A program made the position numbers and the translations under genes. Source: a virus (lineage: Duplodnaviria > Caudoviricetes). Taken from it: a DNA stretch of 64,000 nt. Shown here in pieces: positions 25,030-32,998 of this stretch (positions are counted from its first letter, which is position 1; every line of letters begins with the position of its first letter). The notes under the pieces are model-generated. The model was not told where the DNA came from. It did not search any database and was given only the letters and a program-made list of their open reading frames with translations. Location: positions 12,008 through 76,007 of the IMG/VR virus record IMGVR_UViG_3300021387_000109. One strand, 5' to 3'.

Positions 25030-25347
25030 ATGATTAAAGAACTCATTTCTAGTTTATCTTATAGAGAACATTCTCCCTTTAAGGAGAATGAATTTGGATA
25101 TGGTTTTTATTGCCATTTCAAACTGTTCTCTCATCCTTTCTATGCTTCTATTAGAGAGCATGATAATGGAGAGATAGTCTCATTCATTCATGATGAGGCT
25201 ACAGGGGATATTCTTTATAAGGACTATCCTGAAACACTCTCTAAGGAATCTCTTGAAGAAACAATCATTCTCTGGTTGAACCAAGAGATTAGTATCAACA
25301 ATGACACAGAAGATGATTACTTCTGCGAGGAGGAAATAAATGTGTGA
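25030..25347 (+). CDS. Hypothetical protein (105 aa)
   Basis: AAAGGAG SD. Confidence 0.75.
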   Translation: MIKELISSLSYREHSPFKENEFGYGFYCHFKLFSHPFYASIREHDNGEIVSFIHDEATGDILYKDYPETLSKESLEETIILWLNQEISINNDTEDDYFCEEEINV

Positions 25348-25624
25348 ACATTATGTTATTGAACTTGTGGGTCTCAATTATCGAGAACCCAAGTATTTCA
25401 CTAATGTGAAAGAGGTTGCTAAGTATCTTCAGATTACTACTAGTTCAGTGTATCACTATCTGAACACAGGAGTTGCCAATAACTGTGGATATAAGTTCCG
25501 TACAGTCTTTGGCAAGAAGGCAAAGATTACTCGCATCTCTGCCATTTATAACTTCCTCTATTGGGAGACTACAGGATGGAGAAAATCTATCAAAAATTGG
25601 ATGAGGCGTACAACCTGCATCTAG
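25340..25624 (+). CDS. Small helix-turn-helix protein
   Basis: FTNVKEVAKYLQITTSSVYHYLN HTH pattern; GAGGAGG SD. Confidence 0.6.
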   Translation: MCEHYVIELVGLNYREPKYFTNVKEVAKYLQITTSSVYHYLNTGVANNCGYKFRTVFGKKAKITRISAIYNFLYWETTGWRKSIKNWMRRTTCI

Positions 25625-25797
25625 ATGTAGATAGTCTAATCATTAAGACATTAGACAAAATGTCCTCAATTGAGGATACGGAAGATATTTATAGAGGACT
25701 AAATACTGTTATTTGGTCCTTAACCAATTTGGAGAGAATCTGTAATGCTCACCTTGACTCCAAGCAAGACAAAGGAAGCACTGATCAAGTGCTTTAA
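25576..25797 (+). CDS. Hypothetical protein (73 aa)
   Basis: GGAG SD before ATG 25576. Confidence 0.6.
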   Translation: MEKIYQKLDEAYNLHLDVDSLIIKTLDKMSSIEDTEDIYRGLNTVIWSLTNLERICNAHLDSKQDKGSTDQVL

Positions 25798-26770
25798 AGC
25801 AAAACTCGTTCCCTTTCTCCAGAGTTCACCTGGAATGGGAAAGAGTAGTCTCATTAAGGAAATTGCCAAGGAATGGAATCTTGAACTAATTGATGTTCGA
25901 CTTTCCACTATGGAACCCTGTGATTTAAACGGCTTACCAACATTTGATATGGATGGTAAAGCTACATTCCATCCTTATTCCATGTATCCTCTTGAAGGCA
26001 TGACACCTCCTGAAGGTAAAGATGGTTGGCTGTTGTTCCTTGATGAATTTAATGCTGCACCTAGAGCAGTTCAGGCAGCAGCCTATAGAGTGGTGTTGGA
26101 TCATGAAATTGGACAATACAAACTTCATCCAAACTGTCTTGTTGCCTGTGCTGGTAATTTGTCTACTGATAATGCCATCACTACTCGATTGAGTACAGCA
26201 ATGCTTTCAAGACTTATCCATATTCATATGGAAGTTAGTCTTAAGGATTGGATGGAGGCAGTAGCAATTCCTCAGGCATATGATGAGAGAGTTATTGCTT
26301 TCTTGAATATGTATCCTGACAAATTGATGCAGTTTGATCCAGAAAGAGAAGATGAAACATTCTCTTGTCCACGAACATGGGAATTCACTAATAGACTAAT
26401 TAAGCCTATTAAGAATCTCACTGAGACTGATGCAATTCTTCTATCTGGAACAATTACACCAGATATTGCTACTGAATTTGTTCAGTTTACCAAGGTCTAT
26501 AAGCACCTTGTTACTTTGAAGGAAATTGTTGATAAGGATGGAGATTGTCCTGTTCCTGATGATATGGCTACAAGATATGCCATCTTGGTTCATCTTATGA
26601 TGAATGTTAAGAAAGATGATTTTGAACCAGTATTGAAATATGTGGATAAGTTCGATTCTTCAATGAAGATTGTTTTCGTCAGAAACATCATCAAGAGAAT
26701 GCCTGAATTTAGAACACATCCAGCAATGGTTCAGATGATCATTAGGGAAGGCAAGTATCTCCTTGGATAG
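25745..26770 (+). CDS. MoxR-like AAA+ ATPase (N4 gp24-like)
   Basis: SSPGMGKS Walker A, LLFLDEF Walker B, AGN, SRLIH, FSCPRTW. Confidence 0.92.
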   Translation: MLTLTPSKTKEALIKCFKAKLVPFLQSSPGMGKSSLIKEIAKEWNLELIDVRLSTMEPCDLNGLPTFDMDGKATFHPYSMYPLEGMTPPEGKDGWLLFLDEFNAAPRAVQAAAYRVVLDHEIGQYKLHPNCLVACAGNLSTDNAITTRLSTAMLSRLIHIHMEVSLKDWMEAVAIPQAYDERVIAFLNMYPDKLMQFDPEREDETFSCPRTWEFTNRLIKPIKNLTETDAILLSGTITPDIATEFVQFTKVYKHLVTLKEIVDKDGDCPVPDDMATRYAILVHLMMNVKKDDFEPVLKYVDKFDSSMKIVFVRNIIKRMPEFRTHPAMVQMIIREGKYLLG

Positions 26771-26772
26771 TT

Positions 26773-27894
26773 ATGGATGACAAGCAAATACTTGATAGGA
26801 TCAAGGCATCTGCATTCGTGTACAGCAATACAGCATTCCTAGGAATCATTTCCTGTATGCTGACTCTTGACTGGAAGGAAAATCATCCTGAAGTTCAGGA
26901 AGACTTTAATGCCGGTATCTATTATAAGAAGAAGTTATTGCTTCTTAAGAAGGACTGGTTTTTAAGTCTTCCCAAGAAACAACAGACAGGTGTTTTCCTG
27001 CATGAATTGTGGCATGCTGCAAGACTTCATGATGTAAGACTTGGTGATAGAGATCCTTTAATTTGGAATATTGCTGGTGACTTCAGAATCAATAATGACT
27101 TGCTCAAGGATGGTTTTGAATTACCTCCTGATTGCTTGCAGAATTCCAAATATACAAGGGACATATCTGAAGAAGAAATCTATGATGAGATCTATCAGGC
27201 ATCTCCCCGGATAAAGGCAAAGTATGTCAATCAGTTAAATGCCATTGGTCATGACGTTCAGCAGGTTAATGAAGAAGAAAAACTTGCTCAAGTCATGATG
27301 GTTCAGCAGGCTATTCAGCAAATGAAAGTCACAGGTGCTGGAAAGGTTCCTGGTGACATTGAGAAAGTTCTATCCAATTACCTTAAGCCAAAACTTCCTT
27401 GGTGGAGACTTTTAAGAAATTACTTGACAGATTCCTTGGATATTGAGTGGTCTTGGAAAAGACCCAATAAACGATTCAAGGATATTTATCTGCCCAGCAT
27501 TACCAAGGAAGAGGGTAAACTTACACATGTAGTTCTGTTCTTAGATACCTCTGGATCAATTTCAGAGAAAACTCTTGAAAGGTTTAATTCAGAGGTACGA
27601 TTTATTCAGGAAGTTCTTTGTCCTGAAAAGTTAACTGTCATTCAGTTTGACTATACAATTCAAAAAGTTCAGGAATGGAAAGAAGGACAACATTACCGGA
27701 ACATCAAGATGTACGGTGGTGGTGGTACTTCACTCCATGAAGTTCATGATTGGATTGTCAAGAACATGCCTACGTGTGCAATCATCTTCAGTGATCTCTG
27801 GTGTGAACCAATGGAACAAGTAAAGGTTCCTGTCATCTGGGTCATTGAAGGTGATCATGAAGAACCCTCATTTGGTAAGAGTTTTAGAATATGA
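26773..27894 (+). CDS. Metallopeptidase-like plus VWA domain protein (N4 gp25-like)
   Basis: HELWH, WNIAGDFRIN, LDTSGSI MIDAS, GGGGTS, IIFSD. Confidence 0.9.
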   Translation: MDDKQILDRIKASAFVYSNTAFLGIISCMLTLDWKENHPEVQEDFNAGIYYKKKLLLLKKDWFLSLPKKQQTGVFLHELWHAARLHDVRLGDRDPLIWNIAGDFRINNDLLKDGFELPPDCLQNSKYTRDISEEEIYDEIYQASPRIKAKYVNQLNAIGHDVQQVNEEEKLAQVMMVQQAIQQMKVTGAGKVPGDIEKVLSNYLKPKLPWWRLLRNYLTDSLDIEWSWKRPNKRFKDIYLPSITKEEGKLTHVVLFLDTSGSISEKTLERFNSEVRFIQEVLCPEKLTVIQFDYTIQKVQEWKEGQHYRNIKMYGGGGTSLHEVHDWIVKNMPTCAIIFSDLWCEPMEQVKVPVIWVIEGDHEEPSFGKSFRI

Positions 27895-28706
27895 ATAACA
27901 CACCTAAAGTAGAAATTATTGCTGATTCTATTAATAGAAGTTGCCCAAGGTTGACAACATTCAGGTTAACCTATTGGAGACCAATCCTTGCGGAGATGAA
28001 TACTCATAGAGTGTTCTCTCGCAATGCCAGTTCCTCAAGAGCAATGAGGTTTGAAAATCTTGTTGATCAGGTAGTGGATGATCCTTGGATGCCTAAGCAT
28101 TGGGCTTCTGAGCAGAAGGGAATGGTTGCAGGTGAAGAATTTGATGAAAAGACTAAGAATTTCATTGAGAAGCAGATTGCAGAATTAGCCAGATATACGG
28201 CTGAAACTCTAATGCATATCAATGACAGTGTGATTAATCAGACTGGCAAGGGAATTCATAAGGAATTCATCAATCGTTACCTTGAACCATTCCGTCCAGT
28301 AACTCAACTGATTACTGCAACGGATTGGACTAATTTCTTTAAGTTGCGTACTGCTTCTGATGCACAGCCTGAGATTAGAGATGTTGCTCTTGCAATGCAG
28401 GATCTATATCTCTCTCATACTCCTGAAGTAATCAAGGACAATGGCTGGCATCTTCCCTTCATTACTGAAGAAGAGAAAACAAAGTATGACATCAATATCT
28501 TGAAGAAGATTTCTGTTGCCAGGTGTGCAAGAGTGTCATATGACTCAACTAAGTTCGATCTGGACAAGGATATTGCCCTACATGACAGATTGCTTAAGAA
28601 TGGGCATTTAAGCCCATTTGAGCATATTGCCACTCCAATGTTCACGAAGGTATTGGAAAGGAATTTCCGAGGTTGGAACCAGTATAGAACAATGCTTGCT
28701 GGTTAA
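27891..28706 (+). CDS. thyX: Flavin-dependent thymidylate synthase
   Basis: EMNTHRVFSRNASSSRA, NFFKLR, AQPEI, SVARCARVSY, HLSPFEH. Confidence 0.9.
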   Translation: MNNTPKVEIIADSINRSCPRLTTFRLTYWRPILAEMNTHRVFSRNASSSRAMRFENLVDQVVDDPWMPKHWASEQKGMVAGEEFDEKTKNFIEKQIAELARYTAETLMHINDSVINQTGKGIHKEFINRYLEPFRPVTQLITATDWTNFFKLRTASDAQPEIRDVALAMQDLYLSHTPEVIKDNGWHLPFITEEEKTKYDINILKKISVARCARVSYDSTKFDLDKDIALHDRLLKNGHLSPFEHIATPMFTKVLERNFRGWNQYRTMLAG

Positions 28707-28712
28707 TTGATT

Positions 28713-28745
28713 AAATCCCCTGTCTAATAAACAGGGGATTTTCTT
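28713..28745 (+). terminator. Rho-independent terminator
   Basis: AAATCCCCTGT/ACAGGGGATTT 11 bp stem. Confidence 0.75.
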
Positions 28746-28749
28746 ATTT

Positions 28750-29040
28750 ATGCTACAAGATCCTACCAGACTTTTTTACAATGATTTCAAATATGCATAT
28801 GAACATTGGTTGGATGCTGTAGCATCTGAACCAGAAGGAGAATTTAGTGAAGAAGCCCTTAATTGGGAGGCTTTACTGGTTAAACGCTGTGTAGCAGCAG
28901 TAAAGAAACATTTGATTCCTCCTTATCTTGAAGTCAAAAAGACTACAAGAGGAGTAGAATCTCTTACTCTCATTGCTCCTGACAATAAGAACTATTGGGA
29001 ATACATCAGAAATTGGTTAGGAGTTATTGACCATATTTAA
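28750..29040 (+). CDS. Hypothetical protein (96 aa)
   Basis: ORF track. Confidence 0.65.
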   Translation: MLQDPTRLFYNDFKYAYEHWLDAVASEPEGEFSEEALNWEALLVKRCVAAVKKHLIPPYLEVKKTTRGVESLTLIAPDNKNYWEYIRNWLGVIDHI

Positions 29041-29041
29041 T

Positions 29042-29069
29042 GGGCCTATAGCTCAATTGGTTAGAGCAC
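29042..29069 (+). pseudogene. Orphan 5' fragment of a tRNA gene (acceptor 5' strand plus D arm)
   Basis: GGGCCTA-TA-GCTC-AATTGGTTA-GAGC-A then AT-rich sequence; no matching 3' half found. Confidence 0.75.
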
Positions 29070-29126
29070 TTGATTAAATAAACTGATTTAATTATAATTT
29101 AATTTATTTAAAAGGGTGCTTTAACT

Positions 29127-29567
29127 ATGGAAATACAATTAGAATATCCATACAACAAAGATTGGCGTAAAGGATACTTAGTAAAAAATTCTGAAAACCG
29201 AGATACAGTAATTTTGTTCAACTCATCTTCAGATAGATCTTCTACCCAATATGCAAGATATCTAATGGCTGTCTCTTTGCAAAGATATTTAACAGATGAT
29301 GAAACTGTAGATCATATAGATGGTAATAAAAATAATAATGATTTGAAAAATCTACAGATTTTATCTAAAGGAGATAACATTAGAAAATCTTCTAAAAAAC
29401 CAGATTATATTTGTATATGTCCTATTTGTCATAAAACATTTACAGTTCCTAGAAAAAAAGCTTCTGGCATTGTGGCAAAGAAGAAAATACTTTCAGGAAC
29501 TAAATGTTGTTCTAGACAATGTGGATATAAACAAGTATCTAAAACATTAATGGGCCGTGAGCCATAG
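29127..29567 (+). CDS. HNH homing endonuclease with C-terminal zinc finger
   Basis: VDHIDGNKNNNDLKNLQILS..DN HNH motif; CPIC and CCSRQC; stop codon lies inside the following tRNA. Confidence 0.9.
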   Translation: MEIQLEYPYNKDWRKGYLVKNSENRDTVILFNSSSDRSSTQYARYLMAVSLQRYLTDDETVDHIDGNKNNNDLKNLQILSKGDNIRKSSKKPDYICICPICHKTFTVPRKKASGIVAKKKILSGTKCCSRQCGYKQVSKTLMGREP

Positions 29568-29628
29568 TAGTAGAGGCAGCGTTCTCATAAAGCGCAGACA
29601 GTAGGTGCAAGTCCTACACGGCCTACCA
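29552..29628 (+). tRNA. tRNA-CAT (Met or Ile2), non-canonical D arm
   Basis: GGGCCGT/ACGGCCT acceptor, GCGTT-CTCATAA-AGCGC, GTAGG-TGCAAGT-CCTAC, encoded CCA; G8 and no G18G19. Confidence 0.8.
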
Positions 29629-29634
29629 AATTTT

Positions 29635-29952
29635 ATGAAGAAGCGTTTTAACATTACTGCTACTATCCTTGATAAGCATGGAAAGGTTATTAGTGTAGGA
29701 CACAATTCCTATGTTAAGACTCATCCCCTACAGGCTCAATTAGCCCATAAAGTAGGCAAGGATAAGAAAGTATTCTTACATGCTGAAGTAGCAGCAATCA
29801 TTAAAGCAGGTAAAAGGATCAAGAAAGCACATACAATCTACATTACTAGGTACAATGCCAAAGGTGATCCTGTAAATGCATGTCCTTGCGCTATTTGCAG
29901 TTCTTTGATCCATGCTGTAAGAATTCCTAATGTGGTGTATACAAATGATTAA
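29635..29952 (+). CDS. Zinc-dependent cytidine/dCMP deaminase family protein
   Basis: SVGHN, LHAEVAAI, CPCAIC (HxE...PCxxC). Confidence 0.85.
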   Translation: MKKRFNITATILDKHGKVISVGHNSYVKTHPLQAQLAHKVGKDKKVFLHAEVAAIIKAGKRIKKAHTIYITRYNAKGDPVNACPCAICSSLIHAVRIPNVVYTND

Positions 29953-30955
29953 ATATCCTCACATTGAAAATATTTCTACTATTTCAAGTACACAACTAGT
30001 TCAACTAAACAATAAGACTTATTGTGTAACTGAGAAGATTCATGGTGCAAATTGTCAGTTTGTACATACCAAGAAGTATGCTGATGCTTGGGGAATCTTC
30101 TCTAGGAATAACCAGATTACTAATGAAAGTTTCTACAATGCTGTAGAAGTTTTAAAAGCAGAGATTATGAATCCTGCTTGGGCTGTTGAAGATTATCTTA
30201 GTAAATCTGGTTATCCTAGTGATAAGTATTATTATTTTGGAGAAATCTTTGGTGGTTGTTATGACCATCCAGAAGTACCCAAGGCAGTTGGAGCCAAGAG
30301 AGTTCAGAGAGGTGTTTATTATTCTCCTAAAAATCATTGGAAGTGCTTTGATATTGGCATTGAAAAAGATGGAGAGTTTCACTTCATTCCTCAGAAGATT
30401 TTATTTGCTGCTTATAAAGAAACCAACTTTCCTGTAGTACCTCTTCTTGGTGTTTACAGTACTCTTGAAGATGCTCTGAAGCATCCAAATAATGGTTTAT
30501 CAATTGTCCATAAGGACTATGGACTTCCTCCTATTGATAACAATATCATGGAGGGTGTTGTAATCAAACTTTGGGGTGAAGACACACCTTTCAATGATGA
30601 ACGAGTAGTCTTTAAGAATAAGAATGAAATTTTCAGCGAAAAAGCTCATAGTCAAAAGCAGCGAGACATTAAAGTACTATCTGAAAATTTTAGTGCTGTA
30701 TGTCAGATTGCTGATACATATTTGACTTCTAACAGAATTATCAATGCAATGTCTCATATTGGTGAATGTACCTTTAAGGACATTGGTTCAATCCTGAAGG
30801 AAGTTATTACTGATATTCATGATGAAATGAGTAAGGATTGTCCTGAATTCATTGCCTTGGAAAAAAAGGAACAGTCAACAGTCTGTAAACTTCTTTCTAC
30901 AAAAGCTGCTAAAATGATCAAAGAAGAAATCCTTAAACAGAGTACTGGCGCTTGA
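29945..30955 (+). CDS. RNA ligase 2 (T4 Rnl2-like)
   Basis: YPHIEN, TEKIHGAN (motif I), FSRN, FGEIFGG, FDI, MEGVVIK, FKNKNE.FSEK. Confidence 0.9.
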   Translation: MIKYPHIENISTISSTQLVQLNNKTYCVTEKIHGANCQFVHTKKYADAWGIFSRNNQITNESFYNAVEVLKAEIMNPAWAVEDYLSKSGYPSDKYYYFGEIFGGCYDHPEVPKAVGAKRVQRGVYYSPKNHWKCFDIGIEKDGEFHFIPQKILFAAYKETNFPVVPLLGVYSTLEDALKHPNNGLSIVHKDYGLPPIDNNIMEGVVIKLWGEDTPFNDERVVFKNKNEIFSEKAHSQKQRDIKVLSENFSAVCQIADTYLTSNRIINAMSHIGECTFKDIGSILKEVITDIHDEMSKDCPEFIALEKKEQSTVCKLLSTKAAKMIKEEILKQSTGA

Positions 30956-30990
30956 CTAGAAATCCTAGGAAATTAGTCAAGTGAAAAATA

Positions 30991-31054
30991 AGAATCGCTT
31001 TGGTAGTCTTCCTGGATCAGGGATGAGGAGGTTCAATTCCTCCCGATTCTTCCA
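30991..31054 (+). ncRNA. 64 nt tRNA-like RNA lacking a D stem (GAT at the anticodon position)
   Basis: AGAATCG/CGATTCT acceptor, T73 and CCA; GGAGG-TTCAATT-CCTCC T arm; 11 nt unpaired D region with TGGTAG; TTCC-TGGATCA-GGGA arm lacking U33 and purine 37. Confidence 0.65.
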
Positions 31055-31072
31055 CTTAATTCAAGGAGCATT

Positions 31073-31393
31073 ATGTCCAGATCATATAAAAAACATCCAG
31101 TTCATCCTATAACAGTTAGTGATTCAGAAAAGAATGATAAGAAGATCTGGCATTCATGCTTTAGATCCAAATCCAAACAATACATCAAAAATAAGTTGGT
31201 CTTTAATGATGATTGGGATTTCCCAATCCATTTTAGAAATGTATCCAATGTTTGGTGCTTTGATAAAGATGGTAAATGCTGGTTTTATCCTCTTACTTGG
31301 AAACGTGGTAAATCCATGTTTAAAAAGGATATAAAGACCTTGAGAAAATACCTGTATACTCAAAAATACCTTTATCAATTGTTTGGAAAGTAA
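31073..31393 (+). CDS. Basic hypothetical protein (MSRSY-type)
   Basis: AAGGAG SD; MSRSYKK.P...K...W..FR....NVWCFDKDGK. Confidence 0.75.
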   Translation: MSRSYKKHPVHPITVSDSEKNDKKIWHSCFRSKSKQYIKNKLVFNDDWDFPIHFRNVSNVWCFDKDGKCWFYPLTWKRGKSMFKKDIKTLRKYLYTQKYLYQLFGK

Positions 31394-31448
31394 AGACTTT
31401 GAGCCAAGACAGTTCTTTGGCGTAAAAGCACATAATAATTAACTATCT

Positions 31449-31523
31449 GGGTCTATAATACAAAGGTTAGTATAGCGGACTTTTAATCCGTCTATCTGAG
31501 TTCGAGTCTCAGTGGACCCACCA
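31449..31523 (+). tRNA. tRNA-Lys(TTT)
   Basis: GGGTCTA/TGGACCC acceptor, GCGGA-CTTTTAA-TCCGT, CTGAG-TTCGAGT-CTCAG, ACCA. Confidence 0.92.
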
Positions 31524-31530
31524 CAGAATT

Positions 31531-31711
31531 CATCATTATAAGCACGAAGAAGAATCAGGTATAGCGTACTTGATTTAGAGTTAACATGGAGGGTTAGTTG
31601 AGTACTCAACAACTAATCTATGTCTTGTTTAAAGAGCGAAAGCAATAGATTGCATGCAAATCTGTTGTATAAGTCACTTGTAAAACTCTCTGAATCCGGC
31701 TTATAATGATG
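31531..31711 (+). ncRNA. Candidate multibranch ncRNA (about 180 nt) between tRNA-Lys and tRNA-fMet
   Basis: Perfect 13 bp closing stem CATCATTATAAGC/GCTTATAATGATG plus at least five internal hairpins with G-U pairs. Confidence 0.65.
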
Positions 31712-31719
31712 TCACTAAT

Positions 31720-31793
31720 CGCGGAATGGTGTAATAGATGCACACAAGGCTCATAACCTTGAAGACTAGGTGCAATTCCTTGTTCCGCAACCA
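31720..31793 (+). tRNA. tRNA-CAT, initiator-like (C1:A72 mismatch)
   Basis: C-GCGGAA/TTCCGC-A acceptor, CAAGG-CTCATAA-CCTTG, ACCA; only two G-C pairs at the base of the anticodon stem; one T-stem mismatch. Confidence 0.85.
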
Positions 31794-31800
31794 ATTAACC

Positions 31801-31902
31801 GAGAAAAGAGGAAAATTTTTTTGATTAACCCCTAGAGTAGTTGGCTATTTGTTACAGAAACTATTCAATGGTATCGAAGAATTTTGTGCAACCTCTTTTC
31901 TC
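31801..31902 (+). ncRNA. Candidate rod-shaped ncRNA (about 100 nt) between tRNA-fMet and tRNA-Asn
   Basis: GAGAAAAGAGG/CCTCTTTTCTC 11 bp closing stem, then AAAATTTTTT/GAAGAATTTT and GAGTAGTT/AACTATTC helices. Confidence 0.55.
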
Positions 31903-31907
31903 TTTAT

Positions 31908-31983
<76 letters not shown>

Positions 31984-31984
<1 letters not shown>

Positions 31985-32290
31985 TTTAAAATGGTGCTTT
32001 GATTTCTTAATTCAATCCCGTAGAACATAGGCAATTTAAAAGGCACCATTTTAAATAGGACAAGATACGTGAGCAACTCATGTTGCTTCAAAGGTTTAAG
32101 CGTGTAACAAGAGATCTCTGTCAAGAAGTCTCTAGCGGGCAAAAGAAGTACGCCTCGACTTACCTCCTCCCGTATGATGAAAGGATATCCGTAGATATTC
32201 CTGCTCTTAAACCTTGGGAATCACACTAATGAGAGGCAAAGTTTGTAGAATACTCATATCGACATTAGTATGAAACCCTAAACCCTAATT
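31984..32290 (+). ncRNA. Structured spacer between tRNA-Asn and tRNA-Arg: 17 bp hairpin (31984-32056) plus a multibranch domain
   Basis: ATTTAAAATGGTGC/GCACCATTTTAAAT; AAGGTTTAAG/CTTAAACCTT (32091-32215); loop CCTCGACTTACCTCCTCC. Confidence 0.55.
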
Positions 32291-32295
32291 ATTAA

Positions 32296-32372
32296 CTCTC
32301 CATAGCATAACTGGAAAATGCCACAGACTTCTAATCTGTAGACTGTAGGTTCGAGTCCTACTGGAGAGACCA
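32296..32372 (+). tRNA. tRNA-Arg(TCT)
   Basis: CTCTCCA/TGGAGAG acceptor, ACAGA-CTTCTAA-TCTGT, GTAGG-TTCGAGT-CCTAC, ACCA. Confidence 0.93.
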
Positions 32373-32376
32373 GAAT

Positions 32377-32441
32377 TTGAACCAAGGGAAGTTATCTTTC
32401 ACTCATGACTTTTATTGCCTCCTATGCTTCTCTTGGTTCAA
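32377..32441 (+). ncRNA. 15 bp hairpin whose 35 nt loop is antisense to an SD-plus-ATG region
   Basis: TTGAACCAAGGGAAG/CTTCTCTTGGTTCAA; loop reverse complement CATAGGAGGCAATAAAAGTCATGAGTGAAAGATAA. Confidence 0.65.
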
Positions 32442-32455
32442 TCCGATTTTCAACT

Positions 32456-32540
32456 GCCTGAGTGTCGTAACTAGTAGCCGAAGCAGACTTAAAATCTGCC
32501 GCCGAAAGGCGTGTGGGTGCAAATCCCACCTCAGGTACCA
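32456..32540 (+). tRNA. tRNA-Leu(TAA)
   Basis: GCCTGAG/CTCAGGT acceptor, GCAGA-CTTAAAA-TCTGC, long variable arm CGCC-GAAA-GGCG, ACCA. Confidence 0.92.
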
Positions 32541-32553
32541 TTTTTCAATTCCT

Positions 32554-32922
32554 ATGCCTTCTACAAATTATCCAAATACTAGTTATGCAAGTCCAAATGT
32601 TAGTTATGTAAGGCCAGCTATTACAACTGGTATGCCCATAACAACTGCTTTTAAAGCTGTTGAAGATAATTTGGATAAATTAAATGATGCTGTATTTAAT
32701 TCCATTCAAGTTGATTCAGATTGGAAAATATCTGCATATGCTCATGCATGGACAACTAGTTACTTTGGTAAAACTAGAATTATTCTAAAAAATATTGGAA
32801 TAGAAATTAATTTAGATGTAGATGAAGATGCTTTAGAGAAATTAATTAAAGATCTTCAAGTTCATTTAAACTACATCAGAGATACCAGATCCAAGTGGTA
32901 TCTAGGTGAGCTATCTAAATAG
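32554..32922 (+). CDS. Hypothetical protein (start uncertain)
   Basis: 3' part of track ORF 32377-32922 after removing the tRNA overlap; no clear SD. Confidence 0.5.
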   Translation: MPSTNYPNTSYASPNVSYVRPAITTGMPITTAFKAVEDNLDKLNDAVFNSIQVDSDWKISAYAHAWTTSYFGKTRIILKNIGIEINLDVDEDALEKLIKDLQVHLNYIRDTRSKWYLGELSK

Positions 32923-32930
32923 AGGTATCT

Positions 32931-32990
32931 ATGACTGAAACAATGGTATTTTATATTTGTTTAACTGTTGGTGCAGTAGTAGTTCTATAA
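32931..32990 (+). CDS. 19-aa hydrophobic micropeptide MTETMVFYICLTVGAVVVL
   Basis: AGAGGT SD; exactly fills the gap between two genes. Confidence 0.45.
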   Translation: MTETMVFYICLTVGAVVVL

Positions 32991-32998
32991 GGATTTCT

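Noticed and set aside
29042-29628. Intron-containing tRNA (HNH within a group I intron)
   Set aside because: The downstream tRNA is complete on its own, its 3' acceptor strand does not pair with the upstream 5' half at positions 6-7, and no group I core is visible in the short flanks
32222-32275. Hammerhead-like CTAATGAG...GAAA
   Set aside because: The core deviates from CUGANGA and the required three stems could not be built; CTAATG pairs better with CATTAG
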